Of a stretch of 42,104 nt of DNA, positions 39,253-42,104 are shown piece by piece. Each line of letters starts with the position of its first letter. Position 1 is the stretch's first letter. Source of the DNA: an uncultured Bifidobacteriaceae bacterium (GTDB lineage Bacteria > Actinomycetota > Acidimicrobiia > IMCC26256 > PALSA-555). Position numbers and translations under genes: made by a program. The stretch lies in assembly GCA_964532485.1 (NCBI GenBank), contig CAZHKE010000006.1, forward strand, positions 47,280 through 89,383, given 5' to 3'. The notes beneath the pieces were generated by a model. It saw only the letters and a program-made list of their open reading frames with translations. It did no database searches and had not been told where the DNA came from.

Positions 39253-40830
39253 TCAGTGGCTCGATGATCGATCTTCCGGCCACAGCGCGGCGCGCAGCTT
39301 GAACTTCTGGATCTTGCCGGTGCCCGTCTTCGGGAGCTCGCCGAACACGACCCGCTTCGGCGCCTTGAAACGCGCGAGCCGGTGGCGCACGTGTGCGATC
39401 AGCTCGTCTTCGGATGCGGTGGCACCAGGTTGGAGCACGACGAATGCGTGTGGCACCTCACCCCAGCGTTCATCCGGTGCAGCCACGACCGCGCACTCCA
39501 GGACGGCCGGGTGGGCGGCGAGGGCCTGTTCGACCTCGATCGAGGCGATGTTCTCACCGCCGGAGATGATCACGTCCTTCGACCGGTCCCGCAGCTCGAG
39601 GTAGCCGTCCGTGTGGATGACACCGACATCTCCGGTTCGCAGCCAGCCCTTCGCGTTCGCCTGGGCGGTGGCGTCCTCGTCGCGGTAGTAGCCGAGCATC
39701 ACGTTGTTGCCTCGCAGCACGACCTCGCCCAGCGTCTGTCCGTCGGCACGGACGTCCTCGCCGTTCTCGTCGACGACGCGTAGAGGGATGCCGATCTGGT
39801 TGACGACACCTTGGCGTGCCTTGAGCCGCGCCCGTTCGGCGTCGTCGAGCCGATCCCATTCGGGCTGCCAGTCGCAGATCACGGCCGGCCCGTAGGTCTC
39901 GGTCAGCCCGTACAGGTGGGTGACGTGGAGGTTGAGCGCGGCCATCCTGGCCAGCAGCGCCGGTGAGGGTGGTGCTCCACCGGTCATCACGCTCACCGGG
40001 CGCTCCGAGGGCCCGGCGTCCGCCCATGGGCCGTACGCGATCGAGGTGAGCACAGTGGGTGCTGCGTTGAAGTGGGTGACCCCGTCATTGCGGATCGCGG
40101 CCCAGATTCGTTGCGGATCGACGCGGCGGAGCTCGACGTGCGTGCCGCCGGCAGCTGTGACGGCCCACGGGAAGCACCAGCCGTTGCAGTGGAACATCGG
40201 CAGTGTCCACAGGAACACGGTGCTCGGCGCGAGTCGGGTGTGAGCGCTCATCGCGATCGCTTGTAGGTAGGCGCCGCGGTGGCTGTACATGACGCCCTTC
40301 GGGCGTCCGGTGGTACCGCTCGTGTAGTTGAGGGCGAGCAGCTGGTGCTCGTCACTGACCTCGATGCGCGTCGGCGACGCCTTGGTGAGGGCCGCCTCGT
40401 AGCCGTCGTCGGATCCACCAGCGACGACCAAGATCATGTCTGGCCGTCCGTCGGCGAGCTGGGCGCCGACGCGCTCGAGCTCGTGGTCGACGATCAGCAC
40501 GCGAGCGTCGCAGTGCTCGACGATGTACGCCAGCTCCGGCACCGACAGCCTCGTGTTCAAGGCGTTGAGGACGGCCCCCGCCCACGGCACCCCGAAGTGG
40601 GCCTCCAGCAGCGTGTGCGTGTTGGGAGAAAGGACCGACACGACATCACCCAGTCGGACGCCGAGCTCCGCGAGGACACCCGCGAGGCGTTCGCAGCGTT
40701 GGAGAAGCTCGCGGTAGCTGAGCTCCACGTCCTCGCCGACGACGGCGGGACGCTCGGCGAACGCGCTGGCCGCGCGATCGAGGAACGACGTCGGCGTGAG
40801 CGGCACCGCCCCGAACGGTGACGAGGTCAT
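39253..40830 (-). CDS. Acyl-CoA synthetase/AMP-binding ligase
   Basis: YTSGTTGRPKG, LPMFHCNGW, YGLTE, RTGD, DRSKDVIISGGENI, LPKTGTGKIQK. Confidence 0.94.
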   Translation of the reverse strand: MTSSPFGAVPLTPTSFLDRAASAFAERPAVVGEDVELSYRELLQRCERLAGVLAELGVRLGDVVSVLSPNTHTLLEAHFGVPWAGAVLNALNTRLSVPELAYIVEHCDARVLIVDHELERVGAQLADGRPDMILVVAGGSDDGYEAALTKASPTRIEVSDEHQLLALNYTSGTTGRPKGVMYSHRGAYLQAIAMSAHTRLAPSTVFLWTLPMFHCNGWCFPWAVTAAGGTHVELRRVDPQRIWAAIRNDGVTHFNAAPTVLTSIAYGPWADAGPSERPVSVMTGGAPPSPALLARMAALNLHVTHLYGLTETYGPAVICDWQPEWDRLDDAERARLKARQGVVNQIGIPLRVVDENGEDVRADGQTLGEVVLRGNNVMLGYYRDEDATAQANAKGWLRTGDVGVIHTDGYLELRDRSKDVIISGGENIASIEVEQALAAHPAVLECAVVAAPDERWGEVPHAFVVLQPGATASEDELIAHVRHRLARFKAPKRVVFGELPKTGTGKIQKFKLRAALWPEDRSSSH

Positions 40831-41027
40831 CGGCGGGTCATTCGCGCGATGCCGGCCCTGTGGTGCCCTGCCCTCTCTGGGCAGCGGCTGATCATCACAA
40901 CGAATTGGCTCGAATCGACGCCCCGCTGATACTGCACTTCCCTCGTGTTGCGACGCGCGTGTCGAGGCGGCATGCTAACAATCATCCTAATCAAGTCGAA
41001 GTCGTCGCTCATCGAGGGGGGAGGCGC

Positions 41028-42104
41028 ATGACTCGCACCGCGAATCCGACGGCGTTCGTCGGCTGCGGGTACACCGACGTCACGCGCCACCCGGCCAAGT
41101 CCGAGATCGACCTCGGCGTCGAGGCCTGTGCGCGTGCGGCCGAGGATGCCGGCCTCGAACCCGGCGACCTCGACGGGATCAACATCCAGGTCCACCACTA
41201 CCCACCGCCGGACACGGGCGAGATCGTCGCTCGGCTCGGGATGCACGAGGTCAAGTGGACCGAAGACGGCGGGATCGGGGTTACGGCGATCGCGCGAGCT
41301 GCCGACGCGGTCGCCCGCGGGAGATGCGATCGAGTGGTGGTGTGCAAGATCATGAACACCGTGGCGCCGGTCCTGACGCCGCTCATCGACCCGGACACCG
41401 GGAGGGTCGGGGGGCAGGCCCAGTTCGACGTCCCGTATGGACTCGGCTACACGATGCAGGGAATCGGGCTGACGACCCGTCGCTGGATGCATCGCTACAA
41501 GATCACCTCCGAGCAGGTGGGTTGGCTCTGCACCACACAGCGTGAGCACGCCCGCCTCAACCCGCATGCGGTGCTCCACGATCCGCTGACCCTCGACGAG
41601 TACCTCGCGTCGCGCTGGATCGCCGATCCGGTGCGTCTGCTCGACTGCGACTATCCCGTGAACGGTGCCTACGCCTATGTGATGACGCGCGTCGATGCTG
41701 CTCGCGATCTGCGGCACCCCCCGGTGCTGCTCCTCTCGTGGGCCGAGTCCTCCCACGACCAGATGGCGTACAACAACCTCCCCGAGGAGCTGGGCGACGG
41801 GCCGACCGGCTGGCTGTCCGAGATCTATCGAGACGCGGGCATCGGACCGGATGAGCTCGACGTGTGGATGCTCTACGACGGCTTCAGCTTCTTCGCGATG
41901 CAGTGGATGGAGAGCCTCGGACTGGTACCTCGCGGCGAGTCGGGGAGCTACGTCGAGGGTGGTCGACGGATCGGCATCGATGGGGAGCATCCGGTCAACA
42001 CTCACGGGGGACAGCTCTCCGAGGGGCGGCTGCACGGCGCCGGTCACATCCTCGAAGCCGTCCAGCAGCTGCGGGGGAATGCCGGCGCCCGCCAGGCCAA
42101 CAAG
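41028..42104 (+). CDS. SCP-x/Ltp2-like thiolase-fold protein (3'-truncated at the window edge; absent from the ORF track)
   Basis: GGAGG RBS, ATG 41028; hand translation gives MTRTANPTAFVGCGYT...LLDCDYPVNG...LYDGFS...NTHGGQLSEGRLHG, open to base 42104. Confidence 0.9.
   Translation, partial: MTRTANPTAFVGCGYTDVTRHPAKSEIDLGVEACARAAEDAGLEPGDLDGINIQVHHYPPPDTGEIVARLGMHEVKWTEDGGIGVTAIARAADAVARGRCDRVVVCKIMNTVAPVLTPLIDPDTGRVGGQAQFDVPYGLGYTMQGIGLTTRRWMHRYKITSEQVGWLCTTQREHARLNPHAVLHDPLTLDEYLASRWIADPVRLLDCDYPVNGAYAYVMTRVDAARDLRHPPVLLLSWAESSHDQMAYNNLPEELGDGPTGWLSEIYRDAGIGPDELDVWMLYDGFSFFAMQWMESLGLVPRGESGSYVEGGRRIGIDGEHPVNTHGGQLSEGRLHGAGHILEAVQQLRGNAGARQANK

Noticed and set aside
40827-42047. 406-aa minus-strand ORF with an ATGA overlap to the ligase
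   Set aside because: Shadow of the plus-strand thiolase-fold gene starting at 41028, which has an RBS and family motifs.

Overview
High-GC actinobacterial-type DNA; the gene families suggest Acidimicrobiia or a Frankia/Mycobacterium-like lineage (inference). The window opens with the RNase P RNA gene (rnpB, 1-402). About 75 bp later an uninterrupted cluster of 35 CDSs for catabolism, transport and regulation begins and runs off the right edge. It contains 5 family-III CoA-transferases, 4 Amidohydro_2 enzymes, 3 cytochromes P450 plus a 3Fe-4S ferredoxin, 3 thiolase-fold proteins lacking the nucleophilic Cys (Ltp2-like; one fused to DUF35, one coupled to a DUF35 gene), an EchA13-like crotonase, a heteromeric acyl-CoA dehydrogenase pair, 2 aldehyde dehydrogenases, 4 SDR-type enzymes, 2 closely related amine-dehydrogenase-like paralogs, a DapA-fold aldolase, an NTF2-fold protein, an acyl-CoA ligase, a Liv-type ABC importer and one TetR regulator. 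The strongest unexplained signal is a non-palindromic 19-bp motif (TTGA-NN-CA-NN-ATAGAAAAG) recurring in several promoter regions, a candidate operator for a regulon whose substrate cannot be identified from sequence. I saw no mobile elements, CRISPR arrays or tRNAs. All family assignments come from motifs read by eye; no database searches were run.
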